A stretch of DNA of 64,000 nucleotides, taken from Sphagnum compactum (Eukaryota). The stretch lies in contig OZ234493.1 in NCBI GenBank assembly GCA_965153455.1, forward strand, positions 29,874,213 through 29,938,212, given 5' to 3'. Under the pieces are notes generated by a model, which saw only the letters and a program-made list of their open reading frames with translations, was not told where the DNA came from and searched no databases. Positions 49,843 to 61,800 of this stretch are shown one piece after another; the stretch's first letter is position 1, and each line of letters opens with the position of its first letter. The translations under genes and the position numbers were made by a program.

Positions 49843-52800
49843 TCAATCACTAAGGTTACAAAGCATGGCAACACCGCGTCTGGTCCAATGGCCTGGTGGC
49901 TCCCTGGATGGCATGCGGACGGTCATAAGAAAGTTAGTAGAATGACCTGTGGTTGCCAGAACCCCCCTCCTCTCTGCGGTTCGGTAACATGGACAATTGT
50001 AGCAATGAGTGGGCTTCATGTCAGTGAACAATGCAGGTTTAAGCCAGATGTGGGGAGCTTGCACGTGCAAGATCTTTGGGAGTGATTCACACAGGATCTT
50101 GTTGACTGGATCCCATGCGCAACCTTCAAGGTAAAGTCCCCTGATGTATGCTCCTTCTTCGGGAACAATGAGGGGTGGGGAATCCAACATGTGGAACTCA
50201 AATCCAATTCCATCTATGGCTAATTTTCGTCTTCGTGCATAGTTTTGTAATGCAGCTGTCATAAATGATTGAGCAAAGAAGAAGCCACTTATCCAGCCAA
50301 CTGCTGGGCGGCCCTTCTCAAACCAGGTTTGCAGCACCTGTTGCCCATTTAGAACAAGAACCCCTCCCAAACAGTTAAAACCTTGATTTCTGCCTTCAAT
50401 CCATTTGCATTATGGGCTAGCTCCTCCTAAGTAGCAGCAGCAGCAGTAGTAGCCAATTTGTTCAAGAAGAGAGACATATCAACAGACAAAATAATTGTTG
50501 GTTTATCAATTGCTAGGATTTAGGGTGTTCCATATTGGGTGAATGTTGTACATTGATGCGCTCCAGAAGATCTTTAAGGTATGATGCCAATGGCTTCATG
50601 GAGGGATATGAAACCTTTGCCCACATTGCTGGTACCTATGGCATCATGATGATTTGTGAGCGAGTTTACCTCTACACTTGAGAAATGCACTAGAAAAGGT
50701 AAGTAGGGACACTGACTAACTGATTGATTGATTGATTGACGCCTGAGATTTCAGAGTTGGGTTTCTAAGCTGTAACATAAATTTGTGGTTTCAAAATTAG
50801 CTTCTGTTTTTCAACATATTGCTTGCTGCCAGTACAAAACATGAAGAAAAATCTGAACCTTGCGGATTGCAACTAAATGTAATGAGATAGGGGAAAAGAG
50901 GATAGATAGATACCACATTAATTGTGATGCTCCTGAAGGCAGTCTCAAGGTCAGCAGACATAAGGACAAGACCAGCAATGGCTTTCTCAATTGTCAATAA
51001 TGAGTTCCGAATCCTGGAACCAGCAGGGACAACAGGAAGCTCATTCAACACCACAAGGCTAATTGTCTTTTCTTCAAAATCACTTGAAGATTGTGGGGAA
51101 GAAGAGTTGTATGATGAATTTCAATTGTCAAATCTTGAAGAACAGCAGCTATGACAGTTTTTTGAGGTAAGCATTTTTACATGTTAAGGAGCTTATTGAA
51201 ACGTGTCATCTCTTGGCTTAACACCGTGTTCATGCTCTCCTCATACAACACTGGGTACTTGAGCTCACAAGCCTCTATATCAAAATTTGGTGGCAACACC
51301 CGTAACATGTCCTTTACAAGCATGGCAATTCCTCCACCTCCATCACTGCCCCCACCTCCTCCCCCTCCTCCAGCTCCTGCCAATGCCATGCACACCACCC
51401 AGTTCCCAAACAAATTATGTGTAGTAATAATAATGCCCAGGATAATACTGCCATAGAAGATGGTAAGGGGAACCTTTCTTTGTTGTGTTGTGGTATCTTG
51501 CAAATCCAACATATAATAAATGTAGAACACTGGAATCTTGACCTCCCATTGGATGCAAAAGTACATCATGAAGAATCTGGTTTTCAGATAGAAGCTAGAT
51601 TCAACAGATGATGAATTTTACCTATTGCATCTGCAGAAGCAAGAAGCAAATTACTTAGAATCTGAGCTGTGCCATTCATGTCTTTTGTGATATCAGCATT
51701 GGAGTGAAGACCAAAGGCCTCTGGAGCTGGGATCACAGGGAGGGTCTCCACATACTCCATGTATGATTCCAAGTTTCCAACTGGTGGTGTACGGTAAGTC
51801 CCTGATTCTGACAAAGCATGACCCTCTTCTGTCATCTCCATACAGTAAACTGTCCTCAAAATCGTTGTCAACAGCAAACGATCCTTGTCATCTGCACACA
51901 ATAAAGCTCAAGATTAATAATAATATGAGATCAAATGAGCATAGGTTTTTTTTCCCCAATTTTGTGATGTAGCCACACTAGCAACCATCCACAAGAGGAA
52001 CTACCCAAATTTGACTACAAGTCAGAGAGGAATGCAGAAAAAATCAAGAATCCTGTGAGATTTTGGTGGCCCGCTGCAACCAATTGTCTAAATGGAGCAA
52101 TCGCAGAATTTTTTTCTTTGAAATCTGGCAACTTTGCTGCTTTTTTTCCTCAAAAATCCTTTGTATGAGTTGCACTGGATTTCTTTTTTGTCACCAAGTG
52201 GCAAAAATTTGCCCAAAAAAGAATACACTGCATATAAGGACAAGTGAGATTGGAACCTCACTTGTACTCATCATTGCACACAAATATTTTCACATTTCAA
52301 GTTGTGAAAAATCGACTATCTGCCTTTTCGAAGTTCCTCATCAGCTTTACTTCAAACAAGTTTGTCAACTGATTTGATTGATAATGGGTGTGTGGGTAAT
52401 AATGTACCTGTAACACGACCACCATAGTTGCACTCGCCTGTCACATAATTCAGTGCTTCTAGAGGCATTGCTGCTCCCTCATCTGTATCATTTATAAACA
52501 TGTGTAGCTGCCGGACACTTCACAAGAATTCAACAAAACCACAAAGTGGTCATCATCATTCATCACATAGTTAATAGAAATATAATAGATCCTTAAGTAG
52601 CTGATATATATATATATATATATATATTCCCCATTTGTAAATTATCATATTATATCTAATAGAAATGCTCATCCTAAATATAAGCTGATGTATTTTTCTG
52701 CAGCCTGACGACTTTGCAGCAAAATGACTAAAGATTGGGTTTGTTCATCCCCTCTTAGTTGCTCTGTGCTAGCTGCTTCATAACAAAAGACTTCCATAGT

Positions 52801-55800
52801 TTGGGAAATACATATATACCTAATTCGAAGATCCCCATCGTCAAAGCCATATGGGATGTTCCAACCCATGGGTCCAAATGTTCGTCTCTCTTGAACAACA
52901 GCATGGAAGAAACATAGTCCAAACAGCAAGCTCTTGAATATCATGGGCTTGTTACAGCTTTCAAAAAATTCTGCATTTGTGATAGGATCAAGCAGATAAG
53001 ACCGCCTTATGTTTGCCCGTAAACCTTTTGGAGGCTCATTTGTCATCTTCACTCCATTCTGCAACAAGCCCATTAGTATTATTATTAGTATTGTGTCAAA
53101 TGTGCCCCATAGCCTCACTGTTCTTATTGATCTCATAAAATAGGTAGGTCAGTAGCTAAAACAGCTAAAGAGGTAGGTAGCAACCTCGACTATGTATGAT
53201 ATTTGCCACCTTTCACATGACTACTGGCTGTAGCATGCCATCAACCTAGTAGATAGCCTGCTTGTAGCCAGGTGAAAGGTAACAAGTACCTAGTCTATAA
53301 GAGGCATAGTATGGTTGTCAGAGGGTAAGAGCTTACTTGTAAGATTGTGATGGGAAATTTGGGGCTAGGATAGGATGTCATCCACAAGCGGTAATCTTGG
53401 TGTACAGTGTCTGCACCGACACTCTCAACAATTCTTTCTAGTTCTGACATCCATGAGGGAGCAAGATGACAATTCTGAAGCAACACCCATGAACCTGCAT
53501 GAAGACATGAAATTTAACCAAGTAAGCCTGAAGCAGTCTTTTGATTAATCCAACTGCTAGTAATTAGTATTTCCCAAGTTGTAATCGAGAATTAAAATCA
53601 CACTGCTGCAGTTTGATGTGTCTTTCTAACAGTTTGGGCAGAACCCAAAAAGTCCATTGATGATGGGAAGCATTGCAGATGACAAAGCATATATATATAT
53701 ATAGTGCATCTCATTAGGACCCATATATTTTCAACTGTTTACAATTCAAAGGCTCAATCAATGGTAGTATGAAAAAAATTATACGTAGACCTGAAACTTG
53801 TGCATCATTGATCATGACTGTTGCTTTTGGTCCTTGACCTTGGCCCAGGGAGATTGGGAACATTTTTTCTGACATTTCCTTGTCAGCTGCAACACATGAT
53901 ATTCAAGTAAACCCCCTTCCCTCTCATCAGTCCAGATCAATCATGTCATTGCTGAGTCTTACTCAAGGATGCTTTGGACCTCAAAATCATTTACTTAATC
54001 AGAAACACACCCAAGTCTGAAGCTTTTGGGGAATGGTACAAGACATCCTGAGCAGTAAGTAGATCATGAGTGTGGGTGGTTCAAGAATTTTGGTGCAAAA
54101 TCAACATGAGAGTGTATCAGGATCTGATGTTTTGAGAAGATCTAGTAGTATGTATAGAGAGAGGAAACAAAATGTCAAAACAAAGAGTTGGGATCTGACC
54201 TGCATACTTCAACAGGGCGGCTGTAGGATCACTACCAGGTGAGAGGACAAAGATAAGTGGACATGTTGCACTTGAATCTCGATAGCAAGCATCCAGATTG
54301 AATTGTGGAGGCAAGACAAATTTGGTGCCAAGTTTGTCGACGACAAAGTCTTGGATAGCAGGTATGACTTTATCTGGCCTCAAACACCGCATGACCAACA
54401 GCTTCTGGAACAGTGACAACTTTTCGGCAAACACTCCAGGGATGGGTAATTTGTGAGGTTCCATAGCATCGAAAAAGGATTTCCAGTTGACCAGATTTTC
54501 AGTGAGATGCTTCCCAATTCCATTGAAGCTGGGTATCCTTGAAAGCCGATCAATTTCTCCCCATGATTTGTCAGTAAGCCAATGTGGTGCGGGGTTTGGA
54601 GGAGCTTGTCCAGTTGCCATGCCACCTGTTAGGAAAAACAACCATTCTGAAAGTGCAAGCTCCCCCCGCATTTCTAGTAATCTCGTTGCTAGCAAAAGGG
54701 AGAAAAGTAGCTTGTCTTTCTCAAACAGAGACCGACACACATTCTGGTACAGAGAAAACAGGAAATGGTCTCCAATGATGGTGAGGCGCCTGGTTAGATT
54801 TGTGGCATCTTTCTCACTTTGCTGAATCGAATTGATGAAGAGTGCCACAAACCATGGTAAGCTGTACTGGTACATTGGGTCAATATTTGCCAAGTCTGTG
54901 ATACAGAAAAACAAAACTGCCATGTATTCTCCAGATGATTGATATCCCTTCCGAGTTTGATCGATTGTCTTTTCTGTCACCTCTGCTTGTGCCTGGCATA
55001 TTTGACACAGCCATGGTTCATGACACATCTGTGAGGTAAACTCTGCGGTTTCATCCATTTCCATATGAATATATATATATATATATACATGTGGTGTTTT
55101 ACCGTAATTTGACATTAGCGTAATATGTTTTGTTTATGACATTTTCAAGTGTACAAAATAGTTAAATTTTGTTGTTATAGTGTGTACCCTGCCAACGGAG
55201 AAAAAGGGTTACTAGTAAAAGAGGGGGCAATGCAAGCACATTACTTGTTTGATACCAATGTCAGTTCCCACCAATTTTGCTTCTGATATGATTTTGATTG
55301 CCGTCTCATCTTCAAGAATGTTGCCTTCACTGCTTGACAGCACCTCCAGAATTTGGTCTTCTAACTCTTTCAACCTTTTTTTGTTCTCTGCACCCTGCCA
55401 GGCACTTCCAGGAATTTCAGGGGGGGGAAAAAAAAGAGATGACTTTCATTCAGTCAAGTCTGATCAGAATCAGACCCTGCACATCTTGTGAACTGATACC
55501 CAGTTTCATCGGAAGGTACCCATTTTCCCTTACTTTGGCAAAACTCAAATTGGGGATGAAAAAGGGAATTACAGGCTCAAACGAGCACCCCAACACAAGT
55601 TGACTTTAAGGATATGTTTAATATATATCATGGAGGGTTTTTTTCTTTTTTGAATGGGGGAAGAAAGAAACCTGAAGCACAAGCTCATTCTTTTGTTGTT
55701 CAAGATCAGGTCGTTCTTGGGCAACAACAACTCCCAAAAGCTGATCAGATAACCCATCTTTGGTGATCATGAAATTCAAAAGTGTAACTTTCACTGAAGT

Positions 55801-58800
55801 CTCTGGAAGGTAGTGAGGGTTGCGAAGCTTTGTAGTGATGTAAAACCGGAAATTATTATTGTATTCAATGGTAGTATCTCCCAACCTTATACATATCATT
55901 CCAGCTGACTTGAAAATCTGTGCACATCAACAAAACTCAACAAAAGTCCTTAAGAAAGAGAGAGCGAGAGAGAGAGAGAGAGAGCGGAAAATAAAAACAT
56001 CATGGGTAGTTCCTACTTTCAACCAAGGCTGTTGGACTTGAAACATATATTCAAAATGGTCATCAACAACATTGTAATTCTCATCTTAGTTCAAATAATT
56101 GTTTGAAAATTGCTATCATGATGTTTATAATGAATTAGATTGACATATGTCGAATTAATGTATTAACATGTCCTTATGATAATATAAGTTGAGCATCAAA
56201 ATGCAGCCAAATTTTTGGCACAAGAAGTTATTGATTATGTCCCACCTGTTTTAAGAGCACTGGTTCTAAAGATGGATCCAACTCCTCTCCAATGTTCTCT
56301 AGAAGAACAGGCAACCCAAACTGAATTGCATTCTCGAGAGTTCGTATATAATCAGCTCCACCCAGTTTTATGATTTGCAAATTGCGTTCCCGTTCCATGT
56401 TGCGGATCCACTTGTTTGCTTGTCCCTGCAAGATTTTTGTCCAAAAAAGAATTTTGCAAATTTTACATGTATTTAAATTAATTCTGGATCAAACTATTAA
56501 TTCTGGACTTTTCAAAATTTGATCGTTAAGATCAAGTTTTCTGAACAAAACATTAGAAATAGTTTGTTTTTGAATCATTTGGTGAAGCAAACTATTATTA
56601 ATATCTATTGTTTGATCATGTGCTGGTTCCCCAAATCAAAGTTTCTCTCATACTTTTAGTTCCAGAGGCAAATCTTTGTTGCTAGCTAGCTAGCTAATTT
56701 GTTCACCAACATAAAACCTCCGCTCTCCAAAACCCTAAAATAATAGGATTTATTTTTTGGAAAGAAGAACTAGCCCTCCCCACTTGTTTGCTATGCACAA
56801 TGAATGCTCAAGTATCACAACACACACACACACCTGTGGGTCGATCATGAGAGGCCAACGGCGAGCATTGGCAACAATTATGGAATTATCAACGGAGACA
56901 GGATCATTGGGAAGGCCAGCAATCATCCACTCACGGATTTTCACTGGATTGCCTAGTTTGCCTTGCAATGAGAAGCCAGGTGATTGCGGGATGTTCTCTT
57001 GTTTGACAAGCTTCAGCCATGAATCCAATATTTGTTGCCTATAACTGCCATTCGTTCAACAACACATAGTAACTTCACAGCCGTTATTATATATATAAAA
57101 ATCAGTCTACAACATTTTCCCATCATGTAAAGAAGTACAAATTTTCTTTGTGTTTTGTATAATTACAACGCCATTCACTCCTCTCCCACTCAAATTAAAC
57201 TTTGGGTTTCTTTTGGTTTCATAAGGTCACACATTATTGGTCCTCCTACAAAGTTCATAACATACCCAAATGTTCAGCCTAACGCTTGGGTCTCTTAGAA
57301 AAACATAAGAGATTTACTCATTTTGACAAAACATGCGGGGGGAAAAGAAGTTGTATGTTTCTTTTATGTAGGCCAGAAAGGCTCACATTCGGTCCCTTGG
57401 GTGTTTTTGAGATTAGTATTAGTGGCAATCTTTTTATTGTGGTTTTTGCAATCTATTGTTGTGGTTGTAGAGGCTGATTTTTTACCTGGCAGTGAAGGCA
57501 CCAAGGTAGGCAATGATACCAGCTGCTAGCAAGCTATCACCTGTGAGAGCAGGGTACTGATTTCCCAGTTCTTTAGCTGTGGCAATCCAGCGCACCCGTT
57601 CGCCTCCAAGTCCACCAATCAATTGCTCAGCTCTCTCTATTTTCACCGTGCACATTTTCACTTCATGCTGTACTCAACCGCCATAACCTCCAATTATTTT
57701 CATCATGGGTAATTAAGCTACTACTCTAGTTTCATGTGAACAATTCTTTTTTTTTTATATAGGGGGCTTTAAAAAAGCAAGTTGGATAATAGAGTTGTTA
57801 TCCGTGAAGTCATCCTGGCTTCACCCTGTCTTTTTGGGCCTCCTTTCACCCCCTATCTCCTGTTTCAGTTGTATCCGCAACTGGAAGGAGATTTTATTAA
57901 ATCTCAGTATGAAATGCTGAAACTTGTTGGCATCTAATAATGCACAAGGTTCAACAGTAATTGTAGTAGTTGTACAGGTAGGAGCAGTGAAAATATATGT
58001 AGCAGCAGTGGAGACGCTCCAGAAAAAGGAAAGACAGGTTGAAACTGAGTCTATCACTGCAACTGGAAGGAGATTTTATTAAATCTCAGTATGAAATGCT
58101 GAAACTCGGCATCTAATCATGCACAAGGTTCAATAGTAATTATAGTAGTTGTACAGGTAGGAGCAGTGAAAATATATGTAGCAGCTGTGGAGGCACTCCA
58201 GAAAAAGGAAAGACAGGATGAAACTGAGTCTATCACCGCAACTGGAAAGAGATTTTATTAAATCTCAGTATGAAATGCTGAAACTCGGCATCTAATAACG
58301 CACAAGGTTCAATAGTAATTGCAGTAGTTGTACAGGTAGGAGCAGTGAAAATATATGTAGCAGCAGTGGAGACGCTCCAGAAAAAGGAAAGACAGGTTGA
58401 AACTGAGTCTATCACTGCAACTGGAAGGAGATTTTATTAAATCTCAGCATGAAATGCTGAAACTCAGCATCTAATAATGCACAAGGTTCAATAGTAATTA
58501 TAGTAGTTGTACAGGTAGGAGCAGTGAAAATATATGTAGCAGTAGTGGAGGCGCTCCAGAAAAAGGAAAGACAGGTTGAAACTGAGTCAGTCTATCACCG
58601 CAACTGGAAGGAGATTTTATTAAATCTCAGTATCAAATGCTGAAACTCGGCATCTAATAATGCACAAGGTTCAATAGTAATTGTAGTAGTTGTACAGGTA
58701 GGAGCAGTGAAAATATATGTAGCAGCAGTGGAGGCGCTCCAGAAAAAGGAAAGACAGGTTGAAACTGAGTCTATCACCGCAACTGGAAGGAGATTTTATT

Positions 58801-61800
58801 AAATCTCAGTATGAAATGCTGAAACTCGGCATCTAATAATGCACAAGGTTCAATAGTAATTATCGTAGTTGTACAGGTAGGAGCAGTGAAAATACATGTA
58901 GCAGCAGTGGAGGCGCTCCAGAAAAAGGATAGACAGGTTGAAACTGAGTCTATCACCAAAAATGATGGTTTTCTGAGTTTCACCCTTGGTTGAGTGCTAA
59001 CCACCTACTTTTTGGCAGGTTTTCACACTGTGTATGACCAAACTCAGGGTTCTGGTGCTGTGTTTTCCTTACTCTGATAATTATAAGACTTTTCTGTGGT
59101 AGCCACATTCATAACATAGAGGCAAAAATTCCCTTAGCTTGGTTTATAAGAGCAAGTTCACTGGGAGTGGCAGTAGAATGGGTGTGAAAAACAGTAATTT
59201 GGATGAAGCATGATATATAGAGCATGCATTTAAAAAATAAATTTACCTGCAAATTCTCCTTCTTCAACATGTTGTAGTCAAGGTCATCTTCCAACTCTTG
59301 GAGCTTGCCTAGAATGCCCGTCAAGTCAGCTTGCTTTGCCTTCAACCCAATCATCACGTTTTCATATTGTTGTTCAGCTGACCTGAGCTTGGCCTGCTTG
59401 GGTGCCACAACTTTTGCTACCAAGTCGTATTTTTCCATAGCTATGATCCACTTGCACAGACCTTCAGCTGCCGCCGATGCATTTGCTGCCTTTGCTGGGG
59501 TAAACTCTGGATTGGCAAGGTACACCTTCCTGATCTTGTCTATCACCAGAGGTTTAATATTGTCCTTGTCATAATCCTAGATGACAGATTAAACTCCCAT
59601 GTCAAATCCAACGAGCTCTTTTGTGAAAATCATTTGTAGAAATTGTTTAGTGTCTGGTTATAAATACTATTGAAGTGCAAGGAAGAAACAGTCAGATATC
59701 TGAGATGTCAGAAACTGGTTTAAAGTACTGTACAAATGCACTATCAACCAAAAGACATAAATAAACCTCAAACCCACTCAATTGTTGAACCACATGTTGG
59801 TTCAAGTGTAGAGACATTGGAAAATTGGTAACTATAAAACCCAAACTTCAGCCATAAAACCCACAAACCCAAAATACTGAAACACATTTTCGCCAATAGC
59901 TAAGAAATGCTCCATTTCACCTTTAGATTCTGAAGGAAATTTTTGTCATTGAGCAAGGTAACTGAAGGCTTCCAATAGTCCAATAATTGACCACCTTTTC
60001 CATCGGGCACTTTGGCAGGTTTTGCCTCGAGGATCACACAAACAGCCTCCAACACGAGCTTAATAAGATAAGGGGGATTTGCGAGCTTCTTCACATAGTT
60101 AATGTCATTGGCAGATAGAGTGTCCAAAGCAGCAAGTGCTTCATTGAGCACCGGCATTGCCACAGCTAAAGCGGCTTCACATTCATCTTTGATTACCTTA
60201 GCTGCTGCAGCAGCTTTGTTTGCCTCTGCCTCATCTGCCATCACAATGGCCTTCTTGGGTTCCACTTTCTCAATCTTCTCTTTCTCCACTACCGCCATCA
60301 TCTTTTCCACCTCTGTCACCTGTAGGTACCCCACAACACTTTTTCAGGTTTAGGGTTTAGGGTTTTAGGATTAGGATTTGTACACAAAACACAAAGATGA
60401 TGGATCAGAAAGCCGGATGATGTACTAGTGGAGATGAAATCTTCAAAGGTATAGCATCATCCGCTTCTTGATTTCCTATCATGTTTGTGAGTAGGGTCAC
60501 ACAAGAAGGAGCAGGGGCATTCCCAAAATAAGCACCTGCCTGAGGTGGAGGGGAACCAACAATGGTGCATATACTCACTGTGATCATAAGCTTGGGCATG
60601 AGCTCAGTGAGTTCTGCTTGCATGACTGCAACTTGCTGGGAACTTGAAGACAATTTCTGCAATCCAACTTCATACCGCCGTTTCTGTTGCAAGTTCTCCT
60701 CTCTCTTTGCTATTAGAAGTGTCTGCAAGCAATGCAAGCACATGTCATCATATCACCCAAGTATCCAATAACACATCTCGCATAACTCATGCATTATACA
60801 TGCAGGAAATTAAATCCACGGAATGCACAAATCATGCTAAACTAAAATGTATAAATTCATCTTCACAAGTTTCTGAAGAAAGGAGAATCAATCTGTGTGG
60901 GTGAATGGCGGCAATAGCAGATCATCATCATGATTTAGATCTGATTGAAAAATCATTTGATTTAATCTTATTTACCTGAAAACTTGAGATCAGTTCAAGG
61001 AAGGATGTGGGTGTGAGATAGTTGAAGCGCCCCAATTGCTCCTTGAATTTCAGTGAGTACACCCTCACAGATTCATGAAACGTCTGGACAAAACAATGCA
61101 ACAAAATCTCTCTCTCTCAACTTGTTCAAAACTCCTAGATTTGCTCAATTGCAAAACACAAAATCCTTTTTCTGTTGAACAGAAAACTTCAAGAATCCTG
61201 CAATTTCTTGCTGGAACCTATTGTCTAAGCATGGCGATTTCAAGGGAGCCAGTGTAAAGAGCATAGAAAGGAAACCTTGCAGATATGCACAATGCTGTTC
61301 CGGATTTTATCATCTAGATCCATAGTTGACAAAAACTTGATGGCCACTGCCTCCAATGCATCATTTGGCCATTCCTATATAACACATATAATACTATGTC
61401 TTACTATGTCTCTTCAACCAACAAACCCATCTTCAAACAATGCAGAACACTTTCAAGTAGACAAATAGCCATTGTTCTACTTGCATCACATAGACTTGAC
61501 CTTATTTTTATTATTTCTTCAAGAAAACCAAGCAAGAATACAGCTCTTTGTTTTTGCCATGTATACACGATCCTGAATCTGCTACCAAAATGGTCAATGC
61601 CCTGGCCATTATTATGTTGGGCATTGAAAGATCCTGGTGGAATTTTGGGGTTTTAAGGAAGACGTATGGTAAGTAGGTACCTGAAACCAATCAATTGTGC
61701 AACAGTTTACAAGAGAGGGAAACTGACGAAGGCGGTCCTTGAAAGCTTGCCCCACAGGACTCATGGCAAAAATTATGTGCAAATTAGCCTTACACTTGTC

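Noticed and set aside
57821..59004. Repeated ~60-aa ORFs ([21 protein letters not shown]) as a tandem peptide-gene array
   Set aside because: They are translations of the 179-bp repeat unit. They have no ATG start, the unit length is not a multiple of 3, and they lie inside a dynein intron.
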